Below are positions 1 through 14,380 of a stretch of 64,000 bases of DNA, piece after piece. The notes below the pieces were generated by a model. The model saw nothing but the letters and a program-made list of their open reading frames with translations. It ran no database searches and was not told the DNA's origin. How positions within the stretch are numbered: the stretch's first letter is position 1; the number at the start of each line of letters is the position of its first letter. The stretch is from Eledone cirrhosa (Eukaryota). Both the position numbers and the translations under genes were made by a program. The stretch lies in the NCBI GenBank assembly GCA_964016885.1, contig OZ024745.1:124992001-125056000 (forward strand), given 5' to 3'.

Positions 1-46
1 TGTGTGTGTGTGCGTGTATTCCAACTCGTGTGGTCCTACTCCACAT

Positions 47-81
<35 letters not shown>

Positions 82-112
82 GTGTCTGCGTGTGAGTGAT
101 ATATTTTATATG

Positions 113-196
<84 letters not shown>

Positions 197-299
197 TGCG
201 TGCGTGTGTGTGTGGTTTGGATGTGTCTGCGTGTGTGTGTGTAATTATGTATGTATAAGGTAAAATGCTATTTGCAATGTTTATGGACCTCCATGTTAC

Positions 300-1337
300 C
301 CACAAAATTATGAACCATTAAATCCAAGTTTTTGAATACCTACTATGAATGGAAAAAACTAGAACAGATGGCCAACAATAAATTAAACTTCCCAATCAAA
401 GGGATTACACACAATACATATAATATGTGTAATATTTTTAAAATGGTATTTAAAGAAAAGGATCCTTTAAAGCCAGTTCAATCTCTGTCTGTGTAAGTTG
501 TACTGGCTTACGGGTTTTGTTGGATATTGTCCTATAAATAATAGTTTTTAAGCTATTTTCCTTTTTTAGCTCTGGGGGAGAATTTAAAGAAAATAGACCA
601 TTCTCCTCCAAAGTTATATACTTCCGTACATTTTCCATTTGCTGGGCCATGTTCGAAATGTCAATAGTTCATACACAATGGTTTTTTTGGTAGTTTGAGC
701 GAACGTCATTTTGTTCGCCCCCTCTTTGTTTACATTTGTCGAAATGTGGTTGTTTTCTTGTTTTTTGTTGTTACAGTTTTCATTTTTTGTTGGGTTTGTG
801 TTATTTATGTTAGTGTATGCGTTCACGTTGTTTTCCCCGTTGGGGTTAGACTCCATTTTTTCAAAATGTTCAATTATATTTTCAGTATCCGAAAGACTTG
901 TATTCTTTCACCTTTGCTGGTGGGCGTGGCACCGGGAAAAGTCGAAACGGCATCCATTACTGTTGGCAATTTCTCCGAGTCAATTTTTTTTCAATTTTTT
1001 TTCATTACGATTAGGCTCCATTTTTTTTATGTTTCTAATAATCATTATTCTTTCAGTAGGGAAGCTTCTGGCCTCCGCTACCCGCTCTCCTTCAGTTTGT
1101 TTAGTGGGTATGTCATTGTTACCTGTGGTAATGGCATTAGCACTAGCAATCACAAGATTTTTAGGATGAAATATTTCACCCCAAAAGGGGTGAAATAAAT
1201 TAACCCTAATGTACGAAGACCCAGGCGAGGGGGTTAATTAACACAATAACGCAAGAATACAGACAAACACTTACTGTTAACACGTAATATATCCAATACT
1301 CGAGGAGCCGATGTGAAGAACGTCTATACCATCCGGA
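300..1337 (-). mobile_element. Probable 5' fragment (5'UTR + frameshifted ORF1-like) of a non-LTR retrotransposon
   Basis: Overlapping minus-strand ORFs 614-856 and 450-650 (Asn-rich N-terminus, then ELKKENSLKTIIYRTISNKTRKPVQLTQTEIELALK) resemble LINE ORF1-like proteins from memory; begins at a GATA microsatellite; not searched. Confidence 0.4.
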
Positions 1338-1533
1338 GATAGATAGATAGATAGACGTGTACCAAACACACACACACATATGTCTTACTCTCTCTCTGTA
1401 CCTACCTCTTTCTCTCTTCATACATATATATATTGTTGTTGAATGCTATTTGCAATGTTTATGGACCTCCATGTTACATGGTAGACTAGACTGAAAAAAG
1501 AAAATATATATGTATGTGTGTTGGGGGGGGGGG

Positions 1534-1657
<124 letters not shown>

Positions 1658-1664
1658 TATATTA

Positions 1665-1897
1665 TACACACACACACACATATATATATATAAATGCATG
1701 TATATATACAAATGTATAAATGCATAGCTATATACATATGTAAATGTATGTATATATGTATGTATGTAGATTTTTATATATATATATCTACATACATAGA
1801 TACATACATATATACATACATACATTTATATGTATATAGCTATGCATTTATACATTTGTATATATACATGCATTTATATTTAAGTGTGTGTGTGTGT
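1665..1897. repeat. Inverted repeat built from degenerate TA/CA microsatellite
   Basis: aaatgcatgtatatatacaaatgtataaatgcatagctatatacatat (~1692) is the reverse complement of the segment ending ~1876; (CA)n on the left, (TG)n on the right. Confidence 0.85.
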
Positions 1898-2047
1898 TGA
1901 CATGATTATTTATGTTTTTTTTTTATTGGTACGGAGAAAATTCTGTCTCCAGATGTTATTACCTAAGGAGATTAAATACCACACCTCTGGCTGAAAGCTG
2001 ACCAATTTCTCAACCTCATCAAACATTAACGCAGGCATGTGTGTGTG

Positions 2048-2116
<69 letters not shown>

Positions 2117-2379
2117 ACGTATGCATGCGTGTGTATGTTCGTATGTACACCTTTCATCAGCATTGCTTCTTTTTGTTGACATTTCTGTTGAAGTTGTTCT
2201 TGTAACTGTTGTCAAAGTTGACGTCCTTATGTTCATTTTCTTTGATTTCTTTTGTTTTTCTCTCATCTCGCTAGGGAATTCGTTGACAAGCTTCTTTTAT
2301 TTTTTTTCTACGCCTTCTACATTCAAATGCTGGCTGTCTAAGAGACGTAGAAATATGACCTATAAAACTTACCAAACTA

Positions 2380-2510
2380 AAGGGGCTTCCAGCGCCCCCA
2401 AAGCTTCAAACGCCCGCCTAACGCCTACTTGCTAACCCCTCCGCCTGGAACCCCCCTTCCCCTCCCCAGACGGAGGGCAGCATAGCCCCCAGTTGAGAAC
2501 CTTTGATATA
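2380..2510 (-). mobile_element. Possible hAT-Charlie-like terminal fragment
   Basis: Minus strand reads CAAAGGTTCTCAACTGGGGG, similar to CAGnGGTTCTCAA hAT TIRs; no partner TIR found. Confidence 0.3.
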
Positions 2511-3775
2511 AACCATACAGATCTAAATATAGTTTTAAGTGGCTCAGCATCTCATATATTTTATGCTTAAGTAGCCTAAAGAAGAGCGTGTCTTGCAGTC
2601 CTGTTATTTCAATTTGGTCTTGTATTGTACACTGATAAAAAGCGGATACCATTCTAACATCAGTGTTACTTAGTCTTAGGCAACTCAGTGTATAATGAGA
2701 TTTATTCTACATATTTTGAAAGTGAAATATTTGCGGTTGAGATAAGTATGTATGAAATGTTTATCGTACTGAAATCACAGCAGCATTCCATCGTTTCCTT
2801 CAGTTGGATGAATTAAAAATTAATGTTTCTAACAGAGAGAACAGCGGTATTGTGGAAACGCTACTGACAAGGAAAACACTGCAATATTCAAGGACAACGT
2901 GGTATTATGTATTCTTAGTTCGGTAATAAAAACGTAAGTTATATAAAGTATTAGTAGCTAGGTAAAAGTCGTGCCCCGGTTGGATATAAATTTAATCTGT
3001 TCTAGGTTTCTACAAACATACATATGTTACTACATTATAATTAATATGAAACCTGCAAATTTTGAAAATAATTAGCGTTAGAAAATGTTTTACCTATGCA
3101 AGCGAAGTAAATGTCTGATGCATTCGTGAACAATAACCAAAGACGATATTTGCGTCTCTCATTAGTATTGGAAAAATAGGATTATATATTCTGTATTTAG
3201 ATGAAGCTATCATTGTTCGAGTTAATAATTAATATTTTGCAATTATGTCTTTGCTTTCTATATGGAAGACCTGTTTTAGTGCTTCATAGCCCGTTTTCAT
3301 TTTTTTTTCAGGTTTCAATTTCAATGAAATAGATTAGGCAGAACTAGATTACCTCCCCTTCACTGTCACGTGAAACTGAAATTCATGTTTACTACAGCAA
3401 TGGCTAAATTGCATCAGAAGAGTCATTTGGTAGATGGTGTGTTCCAGAGGGGGCTACTTCCTTGCTGATCTGATGAAACTACCCTTAGTCAATTACGTAA
3501 TGCTTAATAGCATTACATAATTCTATGCACGGCGGTTCCATTTCACTGTCACCAGCATAGGGATTAGTAGAAACTAATGCATAAGCTGGGGCCAGAAAAT
3601 CAAATTAGTATCCCCACGAAATCGTTTATCTCACTATTAAATGTGTTATGGTATTCTCTAATTTACTTCGGCTGGTATCCTAATGATACTGATTTAATTA
3701 AATTAATGAGTGAAAAAACGATCGAAGGTATATCGGTCCTATTCAATCGCTTCGTTTCAATATTATATATATATA

Positions 3776-3903
<128 letters not shown>

Positions 3904-6272
3904 TGTATGTATATAATAATTCTGAGATTAGTGATTCTCTTATTCTCTAAAATCTCCCTGTCTTTGATTTTCTCCTTTATATTTTAATGTAACAATCGTC
4001 CGCTTAACTCAGCTTATAAGTTTTGAAATGAATAATATAGCATCAGTTGAATTGTTTTGTCATAATTAAATTCTCAACCAGAAAATATATATCCATATTA
4101 CCAAATATGTCTTGAAGGACTTGATTAAATTTCAGGATGGATTTTTTTCAAATGAAAATGGAGATATTTTTCTTTTGCATTATTGATTCGCTGAAAGAAA
4201 AAAGAAAGTTAATTAATCATTTATTTTTTTCGCTTGATACTCGAATTCAATTATGTTTTACCAGCTCAACGTATTCAACCGAGCAAAGATTATCGTTGAA
4301 ATTGATGTCTGTGTATAAAATTGCATTCCCTCAAAATAATTACTAATATAATTGAAGCTGACACACACGTTATTTTAGCTAATGCTTAGTCACCATGACA
4401 CGAAGAAAGAATGAATTTGTCTGTATCATATACATCTCATAATAGTGGTTATATTCAACGGGATTGTTTATGCTATAATAAATATATGATGCAGAATCTC
4501 ACATATTTCATAAGGATTACATAAACAGCCGGCAAAATGTCCATCATGAACATAAGTTGTAAGACTAATACTTTTGTTATTAATTTAAAGGTTTGAAAGA
4601 TAATTTTACTCAACATAATAGTACCTACCTCTGATTGTTAAATACAATGTGGGCATATTTGATATGAGTGCAGTAGGTAAGACATTTGCCTGTAAAAACA
4701 CCTACTTAAGTATTGTTAAACCTGTAGTAGATCTATGACTAACATGTCATTTTTATCTAGCATATTATCCGCATGTAGATATAATAGGATGCATTTCAAA
4801 TAAACAAAAAAAAAAAAACATAAAAAAATACTTGTATTTCGGGTTCTGCTACATCTCAGCACATAATACTTACCACTTCATGACAAATTGACAAACTTAA
4901 TGTGATCGCTAGCTTTATATAGCAAATCTAGAACTCCGATTTTTTTCAATCTAGTCTAGACCCTTAACTGACTTGCCACGAGTCTACACGATTATAGAAA
5001 ATGATATAGCTTAATACCACAATATTTATTGTTATATATTTCGTTATCTAAAGTATTATGATATAATTGGAAGGAATTTCTTCTCTCTCGTTCATTAAGT
5101 ACAGGAATATAACCTGATGAGCTTTGTTTAAATATATTTATCTTGGAGATTAGATGCATTTGTAAGTCCAAAAGAACAATATAAGATATACTTATTCAAA
5201 AGTAATTATATTAATGTTTATTGTACATTAGATTAGGTTGTGACTTCGGTAGAGTGTAGCAATCAGTTGCATGAAGTACACAATGGTATCCTCCGGGATA
5301 AACAGCAGAGGATACAAGCACTAAACAATTCCAAGACATTCTGATGTAGTATGTGCTTTTTATATTGGGTAACTCCCAGTTTAGGTGTTTAACTCACACG
5401 AAAAACATAAGATTTGTTAGGCTCGAGGAATATTTTGCACCAAGGTATGTATGTTAGCACAATAAAATTTTATGGATTTTTTCCTCGAAACTTGTCATCA
5501 TCGCTCTAACAAAATATGTGCTGCACAACGATACAATTCGTTTTTTCTTAATCAAAGCCTTAGTTGATGTCGCTTCTGTAGAAAATTGACCGATCGGTCG
5601 GACACACATGCATCAATATGGACAGGTGATTCAATCAAATACATACACATACATATTTATATATATATTTACGCACGTATATATACACACAAACGCACAA
5701 ATGTAAATATGTGCCTGTGCATTTGTGTGTATGTTTGTAGTCCTGTGTGTGTGGGGGGGGGGGTGTTCTACATTAAATATATCCTCTCCCCTAAAATGCA
5801 TATATTGATAATGACTTAAAGCGCGACATCCACTATTTACACCATGCTTCGTATGGAAATTGATGTTGGCAATTCGGGAAACGTTGGAGTAGTTCAAAAT
5901 TACGATGCGTTAATATAAAAGATTAAAAAAAGTTAGAAATAGTTAAGCACCTGGGAAGATATAAATAAGCACTTATTTTACACAACATTTACACAACATC
6001 ACTGGGATAATTCGTTTGCAAAGAGGGTTTGGTATCATGAGATGTAAAAAAATAACATCAAAATATTTTTTCTCAATAATTTGAGGATAATATGTCAAGG
6101 GATTATTTTGTGTTACGATAAGAATTATGAGATGTCACAAGGGTTTAGTTTCCATTGACATCTTCTATAATCGTCTTGTCTACGGATAGTTTATTGGAAA
6201 TGTGTATTTGGTAAGGATCTCTTCTTACAATAGATCATAACATATTTCTTTCCTTGTGCTTTGAATGCAATA

Positions 6273-7340
<1,068 letters not shown>

Positions 7341-7980
7341 ACAGACACACACAGTATTATATACATGCAAAAGTGAAATTATACTCTTTCACCCATTGGG
7401 AGTCTTGTGTTGTATGTTTTGTCACAAATATAATTTTAAAAAGGTTTCTGACATCCTTGCATGTTTTATTAGAATTTGCGAGCATGCATGTTAGGTATTT
7501 ATCTTTACTATCTGTGAACAAAATATTAATCAACACACAGTCATAAACTTGTTTCCTCAATCTGTAAACCTATATTATTAGCTTGACTTACAATTGCAAA
7601 ATGATAGCTGGCTGTGGTGAGAAACCCACGTAGAAAGTCAAGAACTTAATAAGAAAATGTGTGCAAATAAAGCTTCTCTTGCTGAGTAAATGAATATTGG
7701 TGGTTTGTAGCTCTTCATTTTTTTTTTCTTAAGGAAAGCAGTTTGACTTCCTTCAAAAACAAAGATACTTTATTAACATGTATATCATAGTGAGGGCAAT
7801 TGTCATGAGAATGGTCCGGTTTCCTTTTTTTTAATACAACGTACGTGAAAGATATAGCTGAAAAGAAGAAGAAAAAGAACATTTAAATGGAACATTGGCA
7901 CCAAATAAATAAGCGAATAACTTGTTCTTTTTAGTTTCATATGGAAAACATATCTTACTCATGCTATTATTACAAACAAA

Positions 7981-8170
7981 GGGCGGTGAATTGGTAGTAT
8001 CAGTAGAGATTTGACGCCATGCTTTCTAGCATAGTTACGTCCCTTTACGTTCTGAGTTCAAAAGCCGTCGAGGTTAACTTTGCCTTTCATCCTTACTGTG
8101 TCGATAAAATAACTACCAGTAATACACTGGGTATTTGCAGGCCTTTTGCCAAAAGTAGAAACAATTATTA
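7981..8170 (+). mobile_element. tRNA-derived SINE, Octopus-like family
   Basis: ggcggtgaattgg...ctgagttcaaa..gaggttaactttgcctttcatcctt..gtcgataaaat..taccagt; at least 10 related copies in the window. Confidence 0.85.
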
Positions 8171-8677
8171 AAAAGAAACATATATATTTTAATGATAACG
8201 ATTCAAATAAAAACCTTATACACCAATATACGTACCCATTTCACACAATTTGAAAACAAAAAGCTACTTCAGCAACTCCAACATAATAAGTTTCAGAAAC
8301 AAACATGTTGTATGGGTCTCGAGAGGAATAAATGTTAAAACAATCGTCTGCTTGTGATTCAAAATCCGTCGGCGAAGAGGCATATACTGAGTAATTTTCT
8401 TTGTTCAATGAGTTATAAGAAAACTTTTAATATATTATATATGAAAAATGTCAAATATAACTAGCTTTCAGATTAAACAATAAAACATTACGGAATAAAT
8501 ATACACTTCTTCGTTATTGTATAAAACTATTTAATATATCACTTGATGGTGTTAGTGAAATCAAGAGGTCACTAAATATTATATAACAATATTCATTCAA
8601 TTCACTTTGTTGGCAAAGTATAATGTGTTTTATTTAAACTATTTTATATACTGATCAATGGAGAAGACAACACTTTC

Positions 8678-8678
<1 letters not shown>

Positions 8679-8715
<37 letters not shown>

Positions 8716-8803
8716 CCATCATCATCATCGTCATCATCATCATCATCCTCATCATCACCATCGTCATCATCATCATCGTCATCATCATCATCATCCTCTT
8801 CGC

Positions 8804-8845
<42 letters not shown>

Positions 8846-8852
8846 TATCATT
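8679..8852. repeat. (CAT)n trinucleotide microsatellite
   Basis: Direct reading; accounts for the poly-Ile and poly-Met ORFs. Confidence 0.95.
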
Positions 8853-9357
8853 CTCGTCTTAGTCATCACCATCAACATGACAGTATGTCGGCCTGAAGTC
8901 ATGTGCACATGGAGCTTTGCATATAATTATTCCTCTTACTTAAGTGACTCTTGTGTGATCTTCACTATTGCAAGTGTCTAACACACTTCCATCTTCGGAC
9001 AAACCTGAGATGCCCTGTAATCGGTTTTGAGTGCTTGTTTTCTTCAACCGATTAAGCGGTAAGGCGCCTGCAAAATGCACGCACTCTATCATTTAGTGTA
9101 CTTGAATTGGATAACAAGGGATATTCTGCGTAATATCATCGTTATCACTTGAATGAGACGTGGATACTCCTACTCTAAGGATAAAACATCACATGGAATA
9201 TTTTACGTTTGAATTTGTAATGATAGTTAATAAAATGTTTCTAGAAACTGATATTAATAGTGCATGTAGTGTTTGTCAATATCTAAAATGACTAGCAATT
9301 AATGTCACAATGAAAATTGGATTGCTATAAGACAGTATGAATCATAATAGTAGTAGT

Positions 9358-9530
9358 GGGCGGTGGATTGGCAGTATCAGTAGAGTGTCGGACGCCATGC
9401 TTTGCAGCATAGAGTTACGGCTCTTTATGGTCTGAGTTCAAATCCTGCCGAGGTTAACTTCACTTTTCAGCCTTACGGCGTCGATAAAGTAAAGCACCAG
9501 TGCTTGTGCTAAAGTTAGAAATAATTATAA
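9358..9530 (+). mobile_element. tRNA-derived SINE, same family
   Basis: gggcggtggattggcagtatc...ctgagttcaaatcctgccgaggttaacttc...gtcgataaa. Confidence 0.85.
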
Positions 9531-10339
9531 TCATAGTAGTATCAGATATAAAATACATTCACCTAACTTGATTTGTCAACGAGGCACCAGCTTTCATTTA
9601 CTAAATTAAAAGTTGATGTGTTAGTTTCTTTTAGTATATTTATTTCTGAGTCCTTCAGTGTTATCTCTTACAAAATATGTTACCTACATCTGATCAACTG
9701 ACTGAAACTAAGTCTATCAAATGAGTGATTCCTGGGACCGTTTGTCTTATTTCACAAATTACAAATATTTAAGATACATTTTATCACTTCTAAAGTAATA
9801 CTCTTATATATAGAATCTGTATATTAAAACCAAATATCGAATTGTTTTCATTAAGCACAGTGTCATATAAATATAAATAGTTTACTGATGGAATGAAATT
9901 CTGTACAAAAGAACTTCAAAATATTCTACCAATAGAGAGGACGGAGCAAATATTAAAACCATGCTTGTTTCTGACATCATGTTAGATATAATGTAAAAGA
10001 AATGTCACTGTCAAAGGACGACAAAATGTGGTGATGAAATGTTTGCAAATATATCAAGTGTTTTCTTTAAATTCTGAAACAAAAGTATTCCAAAATTATC
10101 ATTATCATGCATATAGATCAGGTACAATGATACACATATCTATTTTAACGGCGCTTGTACACCTGATGGTGTTCATATGTGGGTGAGCATGAGTTCAAGT
10201 CCACATAGAAATATAGAGTGATGAAGAAGCAAATGATATGGTGCGAGTAAACCTTTGGACAAATAAGTATATCAGTGAGCACTATCTTTCTATCTACTCC
10301 ATTCATTGAGGAGTCACCGACTCCGGTAAGACCCCCACT

Positions 10340-10456
<117 letters not shown>

Positions 10457-12896
10457 TTATATATATACATGTTTGAGTGTATGCAAGAAAATGAAATATA
10501 GTTTGTAAATTAGGGTCATAGAAGGAGTCATACGTTATCCTGTATAAATATATAGCACAGGCTCACATGTCCCTGCATACATTAACTCCTATGTTAACCG
10601 AAACCCTTTGATATTTTTGTTTATGTTCTTGTGAACCTGCACATACTTATTGACATTGGAACAGTTCTTCATATAGCTGTGTATCAATGCGGCTGAAATA
10701 AATAACTTTCTTATTTATAATGGAATCATGTTTTTTTTAAAATTCTAATGTAGTGTTCATCTAGATAATGTACCTCTAAGTAAACTACATGCAGTAATGT
10801 AAACCTACGTCAAATATTCTTTTGTACTAAGAGATACCCGGTGTATGTTTCTTAAAACGACAATTACTTTCGAAAGCTCGATTTTCATAGCTAATTTCCT
10901 ATTTAATCCTCTAATATTTACCCAATGAACTCAACTGAAAGAAAGATGCATCTTTTTTTATCAGAGGATGCTTTTGAAAAATTAATGCACCAGGATAATA
11001 AATAATACCATGACATGTTTTATGACATTTCGTGTATGTACATTCACCTTTGCTGAGTCATGAATATCTTTCAATCATTCTTTCTGCATCTAACTATTAT
11101 ATATTGCTATGAACTTCGTTTACCTTGAACTCGTCTATATAATTCTCTTTTATCCTACGTTTAGACTTTTCATTTTTACAATAGCTACAACCCCCCCCCC
11201 CTTCCACACACACACACACATATATATATATCACAGAAAAAAGAGAATCAGTGTTGCGACGAAAGGAATTTATTGGACATATTACAAATGTTTCTCGGGT
11301 GACCAGCTCGAGGCACGATCGATGTGGTGATCACACCTGACTCTGAAATCGCGTGGTCGTCAGATACGTCTCGATTCTACGAAGCAGTTTTTCCTATAGT
11401 CCTTTAACATCAAATTTCTTCGTTTGTTGATTTAGATCCCGTTGTTGTCATTCCATGAGTGATCAAGAATTGTACACGTCACCCGTATTTCTAGCCACTC
11501 ATGGTTGTCCATTTCTTGCTTCCTCTCGTTTTCCACCTGTCATTCAAAATTTCTTCATGTGTCAGAATTGCTACTGTAGTGGGAAAGGGGCTGTAATCTT
11601 GAACGGCTGGCATCACTTCGACGTCTTCATTGCCCCTAGGGGCCTTAGTCTACATCGGTCAGATACACACCCGCAATTATGCTGTATGCGGCATTCATCA
11701 TAAATAATGTTTTGCGGGAATTTAAATTCAAAAAAATCCTGGGGCTATTTAGTAGGACACAGCCTTAGGGTACACTCTGCCATACATATTTCAAAAAGAA
11801 AAGGAAAAAGAAAAAGAAAGAACCTGTAGCAAGACGTTTTTTAAAAGAAAGCTTTCAACAGCCTTTTAAACGGAGGGCTACATCAAAGGTGTTTTCAACA
11901 AATAGACCCAATTCTACACTCATACACACTGGACTCAGGGGAGTGTGCATAACCAAGATGCCGCACATATATATAGACAGATGAGAAAAGAAAACTTCAT
12001 GGAAAGTCATCCGTACCTCCACGCATACATGCTCAGACAAATACATCGACCCGTGCATGCACACACCCGTGCTCATGCATGTCTGTGTGGGCACACATAC
12101 ATAGGCGCACCCGCGTGCTCCCACACCGGATGCATATACTTGATGAGTACGCCCCCATCCGTCCACCCACGCGCTGCTGCGCAGATGGCGCACACAGTAT
12201 TGTATGAGACAACGCATTTGAGGCCTTCACCCAACCAGATCACGTGGCGGTGTGAGTCCGAGGGTGCCTGCACAATATGCCTAAATGTTAAGACAGCACA
12301 ATATCCCTGCACTAATCGCATATAGCGTGGGTGGCACATATATATAAAAAAAAACCTGTATGTACATAACATAAAATTATGAAATAGTATACAATAATAA
12401 AATAAAATAAGATAAAATACAATAAAATAAAATGCTGGAAAAAGAGAATGCATACATGACAAGGATGCAGAGGGGGACCGGGCATTATCGAGGTGTGCTT
12501 AAAGTTTCATACAATAGTTAGGGGGTGTGGTGCAAATGTTTATATGATATACATGGGGGCTGGTGGGTTAAGGCAGTGGGTGGGAGCCTGCGCATGATGC
12601 AGGTCTCGTAGCTTGTGGTTAAGTGTGGGCCGTGCGTGCACAAACAAGTTATATATATTGTGGTTATGTGTAACATCCATTTCATAAAAGTATATATGAG
12701 ATGTGCATAGGTTTGGTGCATATATGGAATATAAAGGGTATTTGCTTCATAACAATATATATGGAATGCACATATTGCTCTCATTGTTGATTATTTAATT
12801 AATTAATTCGTCATTGAGCCACACCGTGAATGGTTGCCAAAAACACACATATATATATATCTATGGCTCTGTCTAGTTTATGTATATGTAAATCTA

Positions 12897-13004
<108 letters not shown>

Positions 13005-13013
13005 ATATCTATA

Positions 13014-13175
<162 letters not shown>

Positions 13176-14049
13176 TAAAATAACAGATTAAAGTTTAAGC
13201 AAAGAATCGCTGCTTTCACCCTTAACGGGATCTTCTGAAACTAACACTAAATATATGTGTGTGTGTATATATATGTTACTATGTGTGTAACTTGCGGTTA
13301 CTAGCGGCGACACAGGTTGAAGCGCTTGATGTTGTTACGGGTCCGTCTCTGGTAGGGTTGTGCTCCAGGTTTAAGTCGGTTGTAGTTTGCTGAGTGTATA
13401 TATAGTGACAATAAGAATTGCAGCTTTTTGTAAATTTTATTTCATGTTACATTTGTTTCTGAAGATGTGACGATTAAGAGTCGGGACCCGATCGCCGGAT
13501 CATATCCGGGATGATAGATACAGAGACAATTGTAATGTGAAATAAAGTTTACAAAAAGCTGCAACTCTTATTGTCACTCCCTCTCTCTCTATCTCTCTCT
13601 CCCTCAAATACATATATATATATATATATGTATATACATCCATATGTGTGTGTGTGTATGTGTGTATGTGTGTGTGTGTGTATGTGTGTGGGGGGGTGGG
13701 GGGGGGGGTGCGTGTGTGTGTGTGTGTGGAATATTATTGCCTCTATACTGTGTGGCTTTTTAAGAACCGTAGCATTGAGATAATTTGTGAATATTAAATT
13801 TAAGACCACTCGAAACGCACCAAGAAATTATTATGAATATAACTCAAACAAAGTTCAAGTGGATATATATTTTGCAGCGTTTGATGGCTTTATGTTTCTT
13901 CAGAAGATGTGTTTCAAGTGATAGAACTTTCTGAGTTAATATGTGTAGACGTTAATTAGTTCATTACATTACATTACATTAAGGAAGTCTTTAAAATGTT
14001 AGAGTGTTAATATTTTGATATTGTATTATTTGTGTTTTTCTAACGAATA

Positions 14050-14380
14050 TCAGGATGCAAATTCAATCACGGAAAGTTTGACGAATACTAAATCAATGAC
14101 AGTGAAGCATTCAGTTAAACCTTTTATAATTCCAAGTTGTTCACATTTTACTTCAGCATACAAATATCTCTTCAGGAACTCTTTGGTGTATAATTTTATA
14201 AGATCAATGAACTCGTTTAATGATGAAATAGTAACATGTTTTCCTAAATCAATAACAAGTCATTACATTATTCATGAAGTTACTAGAAAATGTATGAGAT
14301 TATTAAAAAGTGAAAATATAAAGCTATATTAATACTTCAACTATTTTGTCTTGCATTACGATGAAACTTATTCACTAATG
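14050..14380 (+). pseudogene. Possible decayed hAT (Charlie/SPIN-like) transposase fragment
   Basis: Peptide traces MNSFNDEIVTC and YFVLHYDET loosely resemble KPFxDGEFVKEC and YFSLALDEST; heavily decayed. Confidence 0.25.

Noticed and set aside
1173-1196. Small hairpin atttcacccc-aaaa-ggggtgaaat
   Set aside because: Terminator-like shape is not meaningful in this eukaryotic repeat context; too short to interpret
8639-8981. Poly-Met and poly-Ile ORFs
   Set aside because: Produced by the (CAT)n repeat
10300-10332. TTGAGGA-gtc-acc-gac-..CCGGTA hammerhead-like trace
   Set aside because: GAAA core missing; cannot be distinguished from chance
11281-11365. Minus-strand CTGACGA..GAAAC-attt-GTA
   Set aside because: Stem II does not close next to the core; counted only as a decayed candidate
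13205-13241. Minus-strand CAGAAGA-t-ccc-gttaa-ggg-t-GAAA
   Set aside because: Core U4 substituted and stems I and III broken; relic only
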